A DNA stretch of 64,000 nucleotides from Acetobacterium sp. (GCA_028692885.1 JAQUWM010000002.1:15403-79402), one strand, 5' to 3'. Numbered from the stretch's first letter, positions 39,929 to 50,799 are shown. Program-made: numbers and translations. The notes: generated from the sequence alone by a model not told the origin.

Positions 39929-40551
39929 AAGAGCTCTATAAAAAATATGGCGAAGTGGTTATTTTTGAAAACTTTAATCTGGTCTTTAAAAAAAATAAAA
40001 TCACCGGAATTCTAGGACCTTCCGGATCTGGAAAAACCACCCTCCTTAATCTTTGCAGCGGCTTGGAACAGCCTGATAGCGGAATGATTGAAGGAATTAA
40101 CCCGCAGGCGATCTCTTATATTTTTCAGGAACCGCGGCTACTGCCATGGCGGACAGTGCGGGAGAACTTACGTTTTGTTTTTAAAGAAAAATCCATCAAA
40201 AAACCGGGTTCTCATGATCTGGATATCGATGCCATGCTCGAATTGGTGGGATTGGCGACCGTTGGTGATCATTATCCCCAGGAACTTAGCGGTGGGATGC
40301 GTCAGCGGGTTTCGATTGCCCGGGCGTTCTTATACCCTTCCGAATTACTGCTGATGGATGAGCCGTTCAGCAGTTTGGATTGTGCGCTGAAAAACCGGCT
40401 GATTGAAGATTTTTCAAAGATTTGGGAGCAGGACAAACGAACAGTGATTTTTGTCAGCCACAATGAAGATGAAATCAGACGCCTGGCTCAGGAGGTTTTG
40501 ACCTTTTCAGATAAACCGGTGCAGCTTTTAAAAAAAGAAATCCTCGGTTAA
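39913..40551 (+). CDS. ABC ATP-binding protein
   Basis: GPSGSGKT, FQEPRLLPW, LSGGMRQR, MDEPF. Confidence 0.92.
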   Translation: MSIIIKELYKKYGEVVIFENFNLVFKKNKITGILGPSGSGKTTLLNLCSGLEQPDSGMIEGINPQAISYIFQEPRLLPWRTVRENLRFVFKEKSIKKPGSHDLDIDAMLELVGLATVGDHYPQELSGGMRQRVSIARAFLYPSELLLMDEPFSSLDCALKNRLIEDFSKIWEQDKRTVIFVSHNEDEIRRLAQEVLTFSDKPVQLLKKEILG

Positions 40552-40654
40552 TGGATTCATATATTTAAAATATTTATCGGCTTACCGGGTGAAAATCTCT
40601 TTTTCTTGTGTTAAACTGTTAGTGAAAAAATGATACAATGAAAATGGAGTAACC

Positions 40655-41485
40655 ATGAATATAAAATTAATTGCATTGGATATGGACGGAACCACCTTGT
40701 TAAATGACTACATGTCAATATCGCAAAGAACACGAAAAGTCTTGGAAGAGGCGATTGCCAGAGGGATCCATGTGGTACCATCGACGGGTCGGATTCTGGG
40801 ACAATTACCGGAATCGGTCACGAGTATCCCAGGAATAAATTATGCGGTTACCTCAAATGGTGCGGTCGTAACAAATTTAAACAGCAATGAAGTGATCAGC
40901 AGTAATTATTTGGGGGCGGGAAGTGTCAAAAAAATAATTACCACCTTAAGTCGTCGTAAGCTGTTTTGCGAAATTTATCATCAGGGACAATCCTACGGTG
41001 AAATGCGTTACTTTGAAATGATTGGCGAAAGAAATGATCTATCTAAGGATCTGATCGCCTTTATCCGAAGTAAAGCGAAAGAAGTTGAGAATGTGCTGGA
41101 TTTTGCGATCGAGCACGCATCAGAAATAGAAAAAATCAACATTCCCCTACTCAGCGATAAAAACCTGCGGGTGCTATGGCAGAAATTTTCCCAAATTCAT
41201 GGGGTAACTCTGACCAAAGCCATTGTCAACAATATCGAGGTTAATCACCGATCCGTTAATAAGGGCGCTGGGTTAAAACAGCTTTGCCGCATTTTAAAGC
41301 TGGAACCGACAAATGTGATGGCCATTGGCGACAGCGACAATGATCTGCGGATGCTGCAGTTCGCTGGTTTGGGCGTTGCCATGGGGAATGCCTCGGCGGA
41401 TGTTAAGGCGGTCGCCAACCATGTGACGCTGCCTTTTGATGAAGATGGGGTAGCCAATGCCATTGAGAAATTTGTGCTGGTTTAG
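40655..41485 (+). CDS. Cof-type HAD hydrolase
   Basis: DMDGT, STGR, GDSDND, VAMGNA. Confidence 0.92.
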   Translation: MNIKLIALDMDGTTLLNDYMSISQRTRKVLEEAIARGIHVVPSTGRILGQLPESVTSIPGINYAVTSNGAVVTNLNSNEVISSNYLGAGSVKKIITTLSRRKLFCEIYHQGQSYGEMRYFEMIGERNDLSKDLIAFIRSKAKEVENVLDFAIEHASEIEKINIPLLSDKNLRVLWQKFSQIHGVTLTKAIVNNIEVNHRSVNKGAGLKQLCRILKLEPTNVMAIGDSDNDLRMLQFAGLGVAMGNASADVKAVANHVTLPFDEDGVANAIEKFVLV

Positions 41486-41521
41486 CATGAAAATTCGAGA
41501 AAAATTTAAGGAGTACGCAAT

Positions 41522-41905
41522 ATGAATAAAAAAGCAATCATTGCCGACAAGGCACCAGCAGCGGTGGGTCCTTATTCCCATGCTTACTTAGTTGGCGAGA
41601 CCTTGTATATCTCTGGTCAGCTGGGTTTGATTCCTGAAACCGGTGAGTTGGAAGAAGGTGTGGCGGAACAGGCCAAACGAGGTTTGGATAATTTAAACGC
41701 TGTTTTGGAAGTCGCCGGGTTTAGTCGCAAAGATATCGTCAAAACCACGGTGTTTCTGGCAAATATGGCCGATTTTGCGATCGTTAATGACATTTACGCG
41801 GAGTTTTTTGAAGGCCAGGCAGAGTATCCCGCCCGTTCCTGCATGCAGGTAGCGGCATTGCCTAAAGCCGCTCTTTTCGAAATTGAAGCGATCGCCGCTA
41901 AATAA
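41522..41905 (+). CDS. ridA: RidA/YjgF enamine deaminase
   Basis: APAAVGPYS, ISGQ, PARS, LP, EIEAIA. Confidence 0.9.
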   Translation: MNKKAIIADKAPAAVGPYSHAYLVGETLYISGQLGLIPETGELEEGVAEQAKRGLDNLNAVLEVAGFSRKDIVKTTVFLANMADFAIVNDIYAEFFEGQAEYPARSCMQVAALPKAALFEIEAIAAK

Positions 41906-42025
41906 AACGATTAAAAGCTGAAAAAGTGCATAGGTTTATCAAAGTGCCCATGGTCATGCCGTTTCGGCAAATGCCCATGGGTATCTTCTTGACTAAAAAG
42001 ACTAATATAAAAACGGGGGAAATAA

Positions 42026-42688
42026 GTGAATAAAAAACTGCAGAGCTATGTGACGCTGGTCGATTTTTTAGCTGAATTTATGGGAGAAAATACCGAAGTG
42101 GTTCTCCATGATATGACCGACTGGCATCATTCGGTGGTAGCGATTCGCAACGGCCATATCAGCGGACGGAAGGTCGGCGATCCGATTACCGAAACGAATT
42201 TGAGAATTCTTAGGAGTGAAGTGCATAAAAAAGTGTCCTATATGAACAATGATCCTCTGATATTCAAAAAAAAGGAATCGATCAAGTCGGCATCCTGGTT
42301 TATCAAGGATGAGAACGACGTTTTAATTGGGATGATCTGCATCAATTCAGATTGTCACGAACTCATTGCTGCCCGGGATCTTTTAGACAAGATGATCCAT
42401 CCACCGCTGGTGGAAAAGGAGCAAAAAGAAAAGGGACCGGATAAAATAAATATTGATGTGAAAGAACTAGTGGAGAATAACCTGAACCATATCTCACAGA
42501 ATCTATTAAATCAGTTAAGCCTTTTATCCAAGGATGAAAAAGTAGAACTGGTCGGTAAGTTGGATGAGATGGGAACATTTTCGGTTAAGGGAACCATCTG
42601 GTATCTGGCTCAGAGCATGGGGGTATCGGTGCCCACGCTTTATCGCTATCTTGCTTTAACAAAAAATAACCGTCGACATGATCATTAG
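42026..42688 (+). CDS. YheO/DauR-like PAS-HTH regulator
   Basis: EVVLHD, NGHISGRKVG, GMICIN, GVSVPTLYRYL. Confidence 0.88.
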   Translation: MNKKLQSYVTLVDFLAEFMGENTEVVLHDMTDWHHSVVAIRNGHISGRKVGDPITETNLRILRSEVHKKVSYMNNDPLIFKKKESIKSASWFIKDENDVLIGMICINSDCHELIAARDLLDKMIHPPLVEKEQKEKGPDKINIDVKELVENNLNHISQNLLNQLSLLSKDEKVELVGKLDEMGTFSVKGTIWYLAQSMGVSVPTLYRYLALTKNNRRHDH

Positions 42689-42851
42689 TGATAACGATAA
42701 AAATTATTAACGGCTAGATTGACTAACCGGAACGTTAAAACGATTAACCTTAACCAGATTAAAAATTAAATTAAATTTTATTTAATCGTTTACTTTTTGA
42801 TCAAAAGGTGTTATATTGAGGATAATAATTCTCATTTTCACAATAATTTCC

Positions 42852-42890
42852 AGGAAAACCTCGGGCTGTGCCTGAGGTTTTTCCTTTTTT
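42852..42890 (+). terminator. Intrinsic terminator
   Basis: AGGAAAACCTCGGGC-TGT-GCCTGAGGTTTTTCCTTTTTT. Confidence 0.85.
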
Positions 42891-43062
42891 GGGCATCAGT
42901 CAAGCTAGATCAATATCGCAGCAAAGTGAGTCTTAAGTAAATCTTGTTTCGATTCATCCCCAGTTGATGGAATTTACAAATCTTAAAAAATAGCATATAA
43001 TATTGGATAGTAGAAAAGAGCGAAATGAAAATACGCAAATACGATAGAAACAGAGGTGCAAT

Positions 43063-43773
43063 ATGACAAGTCAGTTAAATAAAGATAATCTGCCTGAGCA
43101 TATAGCCATAATCATGGACGGAAATGGCCGCTGGGCGAAAGCGAAAAATCGTCCCCGTTTATTTGGTCACAATGCCGGCATGAAGACATTGAAAAAAATT
43201 GTCCGGGCATCCTCAGATGCGGGCATAAAAATAATTACCATGTATGCTTTTTCCACTGAAAACTGGAAGAGGAGTCCGGCAGAAGTCGATGGGCTGATGA
43301 ATATTGCGGTTGAGTATTTTCATAAAGAAGTTGGTGAATTACATGAAAACAACGTCAAGATCAATGTCGTCGGAAATTTGAAGGGTCTGGGGAAAAAAGT
43401 TAGAGAAGCCGCTGTGAAGGCCATGGCTACCACCGCAAAAAACTCTGGACTGGTGCTGAATATCGCCCTGAACTACGGGAGTAGAGACGAAATTATTCAG
43501 GCGGTCAAGGAGCTTATTGCTCAGGGGATTACCCCGGAAGCGGTGACAGAACAGCAGATCAGCGATCATCTTTATACCAAAGGTCAGCCAGATCCGGATC
43601 TGCTGATTCGAACTGGGGGGGAAAGCCGACTCAGTAACTTTATGTTGTGGCAGATGGCCTATTCAGAATTTATGTTTACCGACATTTATTGGCCGGATTT
43701 TGAAGTTGAAAACTACTATGAAATGATCGAAAACTATCAGAACAGGAATCGGCGCTATGGATCGGCCGAATAA
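43063..43773 (+). CDS. uppS: Undecaprenyl diphosphate synthase
   Basis: IMDGNGRWA, FSTENW, IRTGGESRLSNF. Confidence 0.96.
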   Translation: MTSQLNKDNLPEHIAIIMDGNGRWAKAKNRPRLFGHNAGMKTLKKIVRASSDAGIKIITMYAFSTENWKRSPAEVDGLMNIAVEYFHKEVGELHENNVKINVVGNLKGLGKKVREAAVKAMATTAKNSGLVLNIALNYGSRDEIIQAVKELIAQGITPEAVTEQQISDHLYTKGQPDPDLLIRTGGESRLSNFMLWQMAYSEFMFTDIYWPDFEVENYYEMIENYQNRNRRYGSAE

Positions 43774-44641
43774 CAATCTGGAAAGCCGCCGGGCGGAACG
43801 ATCCAGAGCAGAGAGTATTCGGGCTGAAAAGAACTCTTTGAAAACCCGGATCTGGACCGGGGTTATTGGTTTGCCGCTGCTGATTATTATTTTGTATCTG
43901 GGCGGATTTATTCTGGTTATTGGGGTTTCCGCCCTGGCTTTTATGGGGATTATCGAATATACCCGAGCCATTAACCGGATGATTCGACCAAAAATAAATA
44001 TAATGCTGATGATTATTCTGGCCACCATGCTGATGGCAACCATCAAATTGGATTATTACTTTCTAATGCCGGTGTTGCTGGTGGCCGTCATCATTATTTT
44101 CTGTTATGAAATTTTATCGGGTCATGTTGGGATTCAACGCAGCAGCGCCACGCTGATGGGATTAATTTACGTGCCGATTATGTTTGGTCACTTGTTCCTT
44201 TTTGAAACAATCAATAAGGGAGTCTATTATATGTGGCTGATTTTTGTAATTGCTTTCACAACCGATACGGCAGCATATTTTATCGGTAAATCGATTGGCA
44301 ACCGAAAGATTGCCCCGCTGATCAGTCCTAAAAAAACCATTGCCGGCTCGGTTGGTGGGGTGGTAATTGCGGCTCTAAGTACGATCCTCTATGGAACAAT
44401 TCTCAGTTCCTACTTCAGTTTTGTTTTACCCTGGTATTTATACCTGATTGTTGGTGTTTTTGGAAGCATTGCCGGACAGTGCGGGGATTTGACCGCATCG
44501 ATGATTAAGCGCAAAGCTAAAATAAAAGATTTTGGTACGATACTGCCTGGTCATGGCGGAATTTTGGATCGCTTTGACAGCATCCTCTTTATTATTCCGC
44601 TTATTTATATTTTTGCCAAATTAACCATTGGCATCGCGTAG
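43757..44641 (+). CDS. cdsA: Phosphatidate cytidylyltransferase
   Basis: SPKKT, KDFGTILPGHGGILDRFDS. Confidence 0.95.
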   Translation: MDRPNNNLESRRAERSRAESIRAEKNSLKTRIWTGVIGLPLLIIILYLGGFILVIGVSALAFMGIIEYTRAINRMIRPKINIMLMIILATMLMATIKLDYYFLMPVLLVAVIIIFCYEILSGHVGIQRSSATLMGLIYVPIMFGHLFLFETINKGVYYMWLIFVIAFTTDTAAYFIGKSIGNRKIAPLISPKKTIAGSVGGVVIAALSTILYGTILSSYFSFVLPWYLYLIVGVFGSIAGQCGDLTASMIKRKAKIKDFGTILPGHGGILDRFDSILFIIPLIYIFAKLTIGIA

Positions 44642-44649
44642 GTGAAAAT

Positions 44650-45444
44650 TTGAATTTATATACGATACTCATTACATTACTGATTTTATGTGTCCTGGTG
44701 ATTGTTCATGAACTGGGACATTTTATGGTGGCTAAAAAAACCGGTATCTTTGTCGAAGAATTCGCTATCGGCATGGGACCAAAATTATTTAGTAAACAAG
44801 GTAAAGAAACGCTGTTTACCGTTCGAGCCTTTCCAGTGGGGGGATTTTGCAAAATGCGGGGCGAAGAACCGTCATTTGACGAAGAAGGAAATCTGCTTCC
44901 CAAAGATCCCAATATTCCCATCGATCCCCGCAGCTATGAAGCAAAAAGCCGGGGCGAAAAGCTGTTGGTATTGGTGGCTGGTTCGGCCATGAACATTATT
45001 TTTGCCGTGGTCTGCCTGATTGTGGTGGCCTTGTTTACTGGTCATACCAATGTATTTGACGCCATTGGCACCGCTTTTTTAAATACCTGGCGGTTTTCCG
45101 GTCTGATTTTTCAGAGCTTTGGGATGCTGTTTACCGGACAGGTCGGTCTGGATCAGCTGGCCGGTCCGATCGGAATGGTATCGATGGTGGATACCTTTTT
45201 GCAGAGCGGACTGATTATTCTGTTGGCGTTTACCGCCATGCTCAGCGTCAATCTGGGGATTATCAACCTGTTTCCGCTGCCCGCCCTGGACGGCGGACGG
45301 ATTTTTATCCTGCTGATTGAAATGGTGGTGCGCCGCAAACTCAGTCCCGAACTGGAAATGAAGATCAACTATTTTGGTTTCATTGCCCTGATAGCCCTGG
45401 CGATCCTGATTGCCGTGAACGATGTCATGCGGTTGGCCGCGTAG
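44650..45444 (+). CDS. rseP: M50 site-2 protease (RseP-like), without a PDZ domain
   Basis: HELGH, AGSAMN, NLFPLPALDGG. Confidence 0.88.
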   Translation: MNLYTILITLLILCVLVIVHELGHFMVAKKTGIFVEEFAIGMGPKLFSKQGKETLFTVRAFPVGGFCKMRGEEPSFDEEGNLLPKDPNIPIDPRSYEAKSRGEKLLVLVAGSAMNIIFAVVCLIVVALFTGHTNVFDAIGTAFLNTWRFSGLIFQSFGMLFTGQVGLDQLAGPIGMVSMVDTFLQSGLIILLAFTAMLSVNLGIINLFPLPALDGGRIFILLIEMVVRRKLSPELEMKINYFGFIALIALAILIAVNDVMRLAA

Positions 45445-45452
45445 GAGACGAC

Positions 45453-46517
45453 ATGAAAAAAAGAAAGCAAACCCGGGTTGTCAAAATTGGCGCCCTTGCC
45501 ATCGGCGGCGCGAATCCTATTGCGATCCAGTCGATGACCAATACCGATACCAGAAACGCTGCCGCAACGATTGCCCAGATTAATGGTCTGGAAGCTGCCG
45601 GATGCGAAATTGTCCGGGTGGCAGTTCCCGATGACACTGCGGCCAGGGCTATTGCTGACATAAAAAAAGGAATTAATATCCCCCTGGTGGCTGATATTCA
45701 CTTTGATTATCAGCTGGCCCTGATCGCCATGGAAAATGGGGTTAATAAGCTGCGCATTAATCCCGGTAATATCGGTTCAGAAAAAGGCATCCGGGAAATT
45801 GTTGCCATGGCCACCGAACGGAACATCCCGATTCGAATTGGGGTAAACGCCGGTTCGCTGGAAAAAGAAATCCTGGCGGAAAACGGGGGTCAGGCCACCC
45901 CTGACGGGATGGTAGCCTCGGCCCAGCGGCACATCCAGATTCTGGAAGACGCCGGCTTTGATAATATCGTCGTTTCGATGAAGGCTTCGGATGTGCGGTT
46001 TACCATTGCCTCCTATGAACAGTTTGCGGAGCAGTACGATTATCCCCTGCACCTGGGGATCACCGAGGCCGGAATCCTGCGCAGCTCAGCAGTTAAATCA
46101 GCCATGGGGATTGGCTATTTGTTACTCAATGGCCTGGGGGATACCCTGCGGGTATCGATAACGGGTGATCCGTTGGAAGAGATCGATGTGGCCCGGGACA
46201 TTCTCAGCGGCATTGGCTTATACACTGGCCGCCGCCCCCGGGTTGAAGTCATCTCCTGTCCCACCTGCGGACGGACTGAAATTGATTTGATTGGCATTGC
46301 TGAGGAAATCGATCGGCAACTGAGAACGGTCGAAAAAGACATTCGGGTGGCTGTGATGGGCTGTATTGTCAATGGCCCCGGAGAAGGCAAAGCCGCCGAT
46401 ATTGGCATTGCCGGCGGGAAAAACAAGGCGGTATTGTTTAAAAAGGGTGAAATTATAAAAAGTATTGCCGAGGATCAAATCATCTCGGTGTTATTAGAAG
46501 AAATAGAAAAAATGTGA
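45453..46517 (+). CDS. ispG: HMB-PP synthase
   Basis: QSMT, RINPGN, CPTCGR, MGCIVNGPGE. Confidence 0.97.
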   Translation: MKKRKQTRVVKIGALAIGGANPIAIQSMTNTDTRNAAATIAQINGLEAAGCEIVRVAVPDDTAARAIADIKKGINIPLVADIHFDYQLALIAMENGVNKLRINPGNIGSEKGIREIVAMATERNIPIRIGVNAGSLEKEILAENGGQATPDGMVASAQRHIQILEDAGFDNIVVSMKASDVRFTIASYEQFAEQYDYPLHLGITEAGILRSSAVKSAMGIGYLLLNGLGDTLRVSITGDPLEEIDVARDILSGIGLYTGRRPRVEVISCPTCGRTEIDLIGIAEEIDRQLRTVEKDIRVAVMGCIVNGPGEGKAADIGIAGGKNKAVLFKKGEIIKSIAEDQIISVLLEEIEKM

Positions 46518-46527
46518 GGCGAGATCT

Positions 46528-49500
46528 TTGAGTATTTTAACCCGACGACAGGAACGATATCAAAAAATAATAGAGAACTATCATCTGATAACAGATAGTA
46601 TCAAAATCAATTCCAGTAAAGGGGAATTGATTTTTAAATTTTCCAGTCCTAAAAAACAAGCGGATACTGAATTGATTAAAACCGAGATGCAAGAAATTTT
46701 CGACTATGCAAAAGCCCTGCAAATCGAGGTGGCCCCGCTTCAATATCAGGATGGCGAGCATCTTCTGGCCACTGATGGCAAAGGGGTGAGTCAGCTGCTG
46801 GTGGGCATCAATCAGAAGATAACCAATATTCTGCTGATCAATACCCTGATTGCCGAAGGCAACACTTTTTATGTCAGAGGCCGGTCAACCGGCGAGCTGG
46901 ATGGGGGAGCCCTGGCGATTTTTTCCAGCCGTTTCAAACGCTTGATTGCTGAACACTACGGCCTGGAATCTGAACTGGTGGTGCGTTTCACCGATGACGA
47001 TTCGGTGGCGGAAAAAAGTCAGCAGGATCTGGAAAAAAGATTGGCAGCCATTAAGCCGGTTACATCAAGTACCAGTTCATCAAGTTCAGGCAGTTCATCA
47101 AGCACAGCCAAGCTTCCTAAGGCTGAAAAACCTGGGGATGTGGTCGCCGGGAAAAAGATAACTCGTACCTGGGAATGGCTCAAGAATGTCGACTTTAATA
47201 TTAATGGGGAATCCGAAGGAAAAAGTCTGGTCATCAAGGGCTGGGTTTTTGGGGTCAACACCCGGCCGCTGAAAAACAATAAGACCCTGCTGACTTTTAA
47301 TATCACGGACAATACCAATAGCATTACCTGTAAAATCTTTACCGACAAAGAGGAAGTCATCGAAGGCATTAAAGAAGGCAACTGGTATCTGGCTGAAGGA
47401 AAGATCAATTATGATGAGTATTCCCAGGAAATGATGTTTTATCCCCGGAATATTAACCTGTCCAAAGAAACGATTAAAACCGATGAGGCTACGGTTAAAC
47501 GGGTTGAGCTTCATATGCACAGCCAGTTCAGTGCCATGGATGCGGTCAGTAAGGTGGAGCAGATTATGAAACAGGCGGCCAATTTTGGCCATGACATCAT
47601 TGGTATCACCGACCACGGGGTGCTGCAGGCCTATCCGGAAATGATGGAACTGGGCCGCCAGAAAAAAATCAAGGTCCTCTATGGGGTCGAGGGCTATCTG
47701 GTGGAAGACCAGCTTAATATGGTTTACGGCAATCAGGATCAGAACTTCTGCGGCGAATTTACTTTTTTTGACCTGGAAACTACTGGTCTTGTTCCCGGAA
47801 ATCACAAGATTATTGAAATTGCCGCGGTACGCATCAAAAACAAACAGATCATCGACAGCTTTTCGACGCTGGTTAATCCCCATTGTGAAATACCGGCCTT
47901 TATTACCAATCTGACCAATATCACCAATCAGATGGTCGCCGATGGGATGGAAGAACGGGATGCTTTGGCGCAATTTCTGGAGTTTGCTGGCGATACCATT
48001 CTGGTTGCTCACAATGCTGCTTTTGATATGAGCTTTTTAAACAAAGCCTTAGCCGATCACGGCATTGCCCGTGAAAATACGGCGGTCGATACCCTGGCGA
48101 TGTCCCGTTGTCTGCTAACCCAGATTACCCGCCATAACCTGAAAAAACTGTGCTCGCATTTTAAAATTGCTATTCAGAATCATCATCGGGCGCTCGATGA
48201 TGCCGCCGCCTCGGCTAAGGTGTTTGTCAAGCTTTTGGATCTGGCCGAGAAAAAAGGCTGCACCTCGATCCAGACCCTTAATACCCTGTCCAGTCGGGAA
48301 CGGAGTATCCGCCTTAATTCCACCAACCATATTATTATCTATGCCAGAAACCAGGCGGGAATCAAGGATTTATATCGCCTCGTTTCCGAATCGCATCTGA
48401 ATTATTTTTATAAAAAACCGCGCATTCCTAAGTCTTTGTTAGCAGAAAATCGCGAAAATCTGTTATTGGGCTCGGCCTGCGAAGCGGGAGAATTGTTCAC
48501 CGCCATGGTTCACAATAAGTCCCAGGATGAGATTCAGCAGATCGCCAGCTTTTATGATTATCTGGAAATCCAACCGCTGGGAAACAACCAATATCTGATT
48601 GATAATAACAGTGTCCCGGATCAGGAGGCCCTGAAGACCTTAAATAAACGGATCATCGATTTAGGAAAAAGATTAAATAAACCAGTGGTAGCCACCGGGG
48701 ATGTCCATTTTGTCAATCAGGAGGATTCCCTCTACCGGGAAATTCTATTTACCGGTCAGGGCTATAAGGATGCCGGCAAGCAACCGCCCCTTTATTATCG
48801 GACTACCCAGGAAATGCTGGATGAATTTGCCTACCTGGATGAGGAAACCGCCCGGGAAGTGGTGATTGATAATCCCCGCAAAATCGGCGCAATGATCGAA
48901 GAGGTGCTGCCGATACCCGATGGCACCTATCCGCCGGTGATTGAAGGATCCGACGAGGAAATCCGGGAAATGGTGGCAGACCGGGCCCGGGAGCTCTTTG
49001 GTCAGCCGCTGCCGGACATTGTCGAAAAGCGGATTAAAAAAGAATTGGATTCGATCATCGGAAACGGCTACTCAGTGCTTTATCTGATTGCCCAGAAACT
49101 GGTTCATCATTCGATGGAAGACGGCTATCTGGTCGGGTCCCGGGGCTCGGTGGGGTCATCCTTTGTGGCCACCCTCTGTGGGATCACCGAGGTTAATCCG
49201 CTGGCACCGCACTACCGTTGTCCCAGCTGTAAACATTCTGAATTTTTCAACAGCACCGAGGTCGGGGTGGGGCCGGATTTAAAAGATGCCAATTGTCCCC
49301 ATTGCGGGGCCAAGCTTGATAAAGATGGCTTCGATATCCCCTTTGAAACCTTTTTAGGATTCGAAGGCGATAAGGAGCCCGATATCGACCTTAATTTTTC
49401 CGGCGAAAACCAGGCTGAAGCCCATCGCTACACCGAGGTCCTCTTTGGTAAGGGTAAGGTTTTTCGGGCTGGTACCATTTCCACGATTGCCGAAAAAACC

Positions 49501-50799
49501 GCCTTTGGGTTCGTTAAAAACTACTATGACGAAAAAGACATCAAAGCTACCCGGGCCGAACTGGAGCGGGTGATATCCTGCTGTGCTGGGGTCAAAAAAA
49601 CCACCGGCCAGCATCCCGGCGGGATTATGGTGGTGCCAACCTATAAGGATATTTACGATTTCTGTCCAGTCCAACGTCCGGCCGATGATACCGAAAGCGA
49701 TACCGTCACCACTCATTTTGCCTACGAGTCGATCAGCGGCCGTTTGCTGAAACTGGATATTCTGGGCCATGATGATCCGACGATGTTAAAAATGCTCAAG
49801 GATTTTACCGACATTGATCCGGTTGGGATTCCCCTGGATGACGAAAAAACGATGAGTTTGTTCACTTCCACCAAAGCCCTGGATTTCACCGACAATGATT
49901 TTGAATCGCCATTGGGGGTTTGCGGAATTCCCGAGTTTGGGACCAGTTTTGTTCGCGAAATGCTGCTGGATACCAAGCCCACGGCGTTTTCTGATCTGAT
50001 CCGGATTTCCGGTCTGTCCCATGGCACCGATGTGTGGCTAAACAACGCTCAGGATCTGATCCGCGATAAGAAAGCCACCATCAAAGAAGCCATTTGCACC
50101 CGGGATGATATCATGATCTATCTGATCTACGCCGGTTTGGAAGCCAAAACAGCCTTTACGATTATGGAAGCGGTTCGTAAAGGGAAGGGACTTAAGCCCG
50201 AATGGGAAGAAGATATGCGCAAGAACAAGGTGCCGGAGTGGTATATTGATTCCTGTAAAAAAATTAAGTACATGTTTCCCAAGGCTCATGCAGCCGCCTA
50301 TGTCACCATGGCTTTCCGAATTGCCTGGTACAAGGTATATTACCCGCTGGCTTATTATGCCACCTACTTTTCAGTCCGGGCCAGCGAATTTGATGCCCAG
50401 CTGATCAGTCAGGGCAAGGGTGTGGTGGTGCAGCGGATGAACCAGATTAAAGAGCTGGGAACCAAGGCCTCCAACAAAGAAAAGTCATTGTTGACGGTGC
50501 TGGAAATTGCCCATGAAATGATGTGCCGCGGTTACACTTTTAAAAATGTCGATGTCTATGAGTCCCATTTCAGCCAGTTTCGAATCATCGGTGATGCACT
50601 GCTGCCGCCCCTGAACGCCCTGGAAGGAATTGGCGACAAGGCCGCCCAGCGAATTTTTGAAGAAGCCCAACTGCGCCCCTATATGTCCCGGGAAGATTTG
50701 CAGAATCGCACCAAGATCAGTAAATCGGTCATCGAAACTCTCGAAAAACAGGGTTGTTTAAATCAGTTGCCGGCTTCCAATCAGATTACCTTTTTTTAG
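46528..50799 (+). CDS. polC: DNA polymerase III PolC
   Basis: PHP (ELHMH, TDH), exonuclease DLETTG, GSRGSVGSS, PDIDLNF, KLDILGHD. Confidence 0.97.
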   Translation: MSILTRRQERYQKIIENYHLITDSIKINSSKGELIFKFSSPKKQADTELIKTEMQEIFDYAKALQIEVAPLQYQDGEHLLATDGKGVSQLLVGINQKITNILLINTLIAEGNTFYVRGRSTGELDGGALAIFSSRFKRLIAEHYGLESELVVRFTDDDSVAEKSQQDLEKRLAAIKPVTSSTSSSSSGSSSSTAKLPKAEKPGDVVAGKKITRTWEWLKNVDFNINGESEGKSLVIKGWVFGVNTRPLKNNKTLLTFNITDNTNSITCKIFTDKEEVIEGIKEGNWYLAEGKINYDEYSQEMMFYPRNINLSKETIKTDEATVKRVELHMHSQFSAMDAVSKVEQIMKQAANFGHDIIGITDHGVLQAYPEMMELGRQKKIKVLYGVEGYLVEDQLNMVYGNQDQNFCGEFTFFDLETTGLVPGNHKIIEIAAVRIKNKQIIDSFSTLVNPHCEIPAFITNLTNITNQMVADGMEERDALAQFLEFAGDTILVAHNAAFDMSFLNKALADHGIARENTAVDTLAMSRCLLTQITRHNLKKLCSHFKIAIQNHHRALDDAAASAKVFVKLLDLAEKKGCTSIQTLNTLSSRERSIRLNSTNHIIIYARNQAGIKDLYRLVSESHLNYFYKKPRIPKSLLAENRENLLLGSACEAGELFTAMVHNKSQDEIQQIASFYDYLEIQPLGNNQYLIDNNSVPDQEALKTLNKRIIDLGKRLNKPVVATGDVHFVNQEDSLYREILFTGQGYKDAGKQPPLYYRTTQEMLDEFAYLDEETAREVVIDNPRKIGAMIEEVLPIPDGTYPPVIEGSDEEIREMVADRARELFGQPLPDIVEKRIKKELDSIIGNGYSVLYLIAQKLVHHSMEDGYLVGSRGSVGSSFVATLCGITEVNPLAPHYRCPSCKHSEFFNSTEVGVGPDLKDANCPHCGAKLDKDGFDIPFETFLGFEGDKEPDIDLNFSGENQAEAHRYTEVLFGKGKVFRAGTISTIAEKTAFGFVKNYYDEKDIKATRAELERVISCCAGVKKTTGQHPGGIMVVPTYKDIYDFCPVQRPADDTESDTVTTHFAYESISGRLLKLDILGHDDPTMLKMLKDFTDIDPVGIPLDDEKTMSLFTSTKALDFTDNDFESPLGVCGIPEFGTSFVREMLLDTKPTAFSDLIRISGLSHGTDVWLNNAQDLIRDKKATIKEAICTRDDIMIYLIYAGLEAKTAFTIMEAVRKGKGLKPEWEEDMRKNKVPEWYIDSCKKIKYMFPKAHAAAYVTMAFRIAWYKVYYPLAYYATYFSVRASEFDAQLISQGKGVVVQRMNQIKELGTKASNKEKSLLTVLEIAHEMMCRGYTFKNVDVYESHFSQFRIIGDALLPPLNALEGIGDKAAQRIFEEAQLRPYMSREDLQNRTKISKSVIETLEKQGCLNQLPASNQITFF

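Noticed and set aside
47060-47105. Poly-Ser tract in PolC as an intein or insertion
   Set aside because: Short low-complexity linker at a variable domain boundary, with no intein motifs.
47098-48012. 304-aa antisense ORF and other long shadow ORFs
   Set aside because: They lie opposite conserved genes such as polC, addAB and uvrA and are explained by codon bias.
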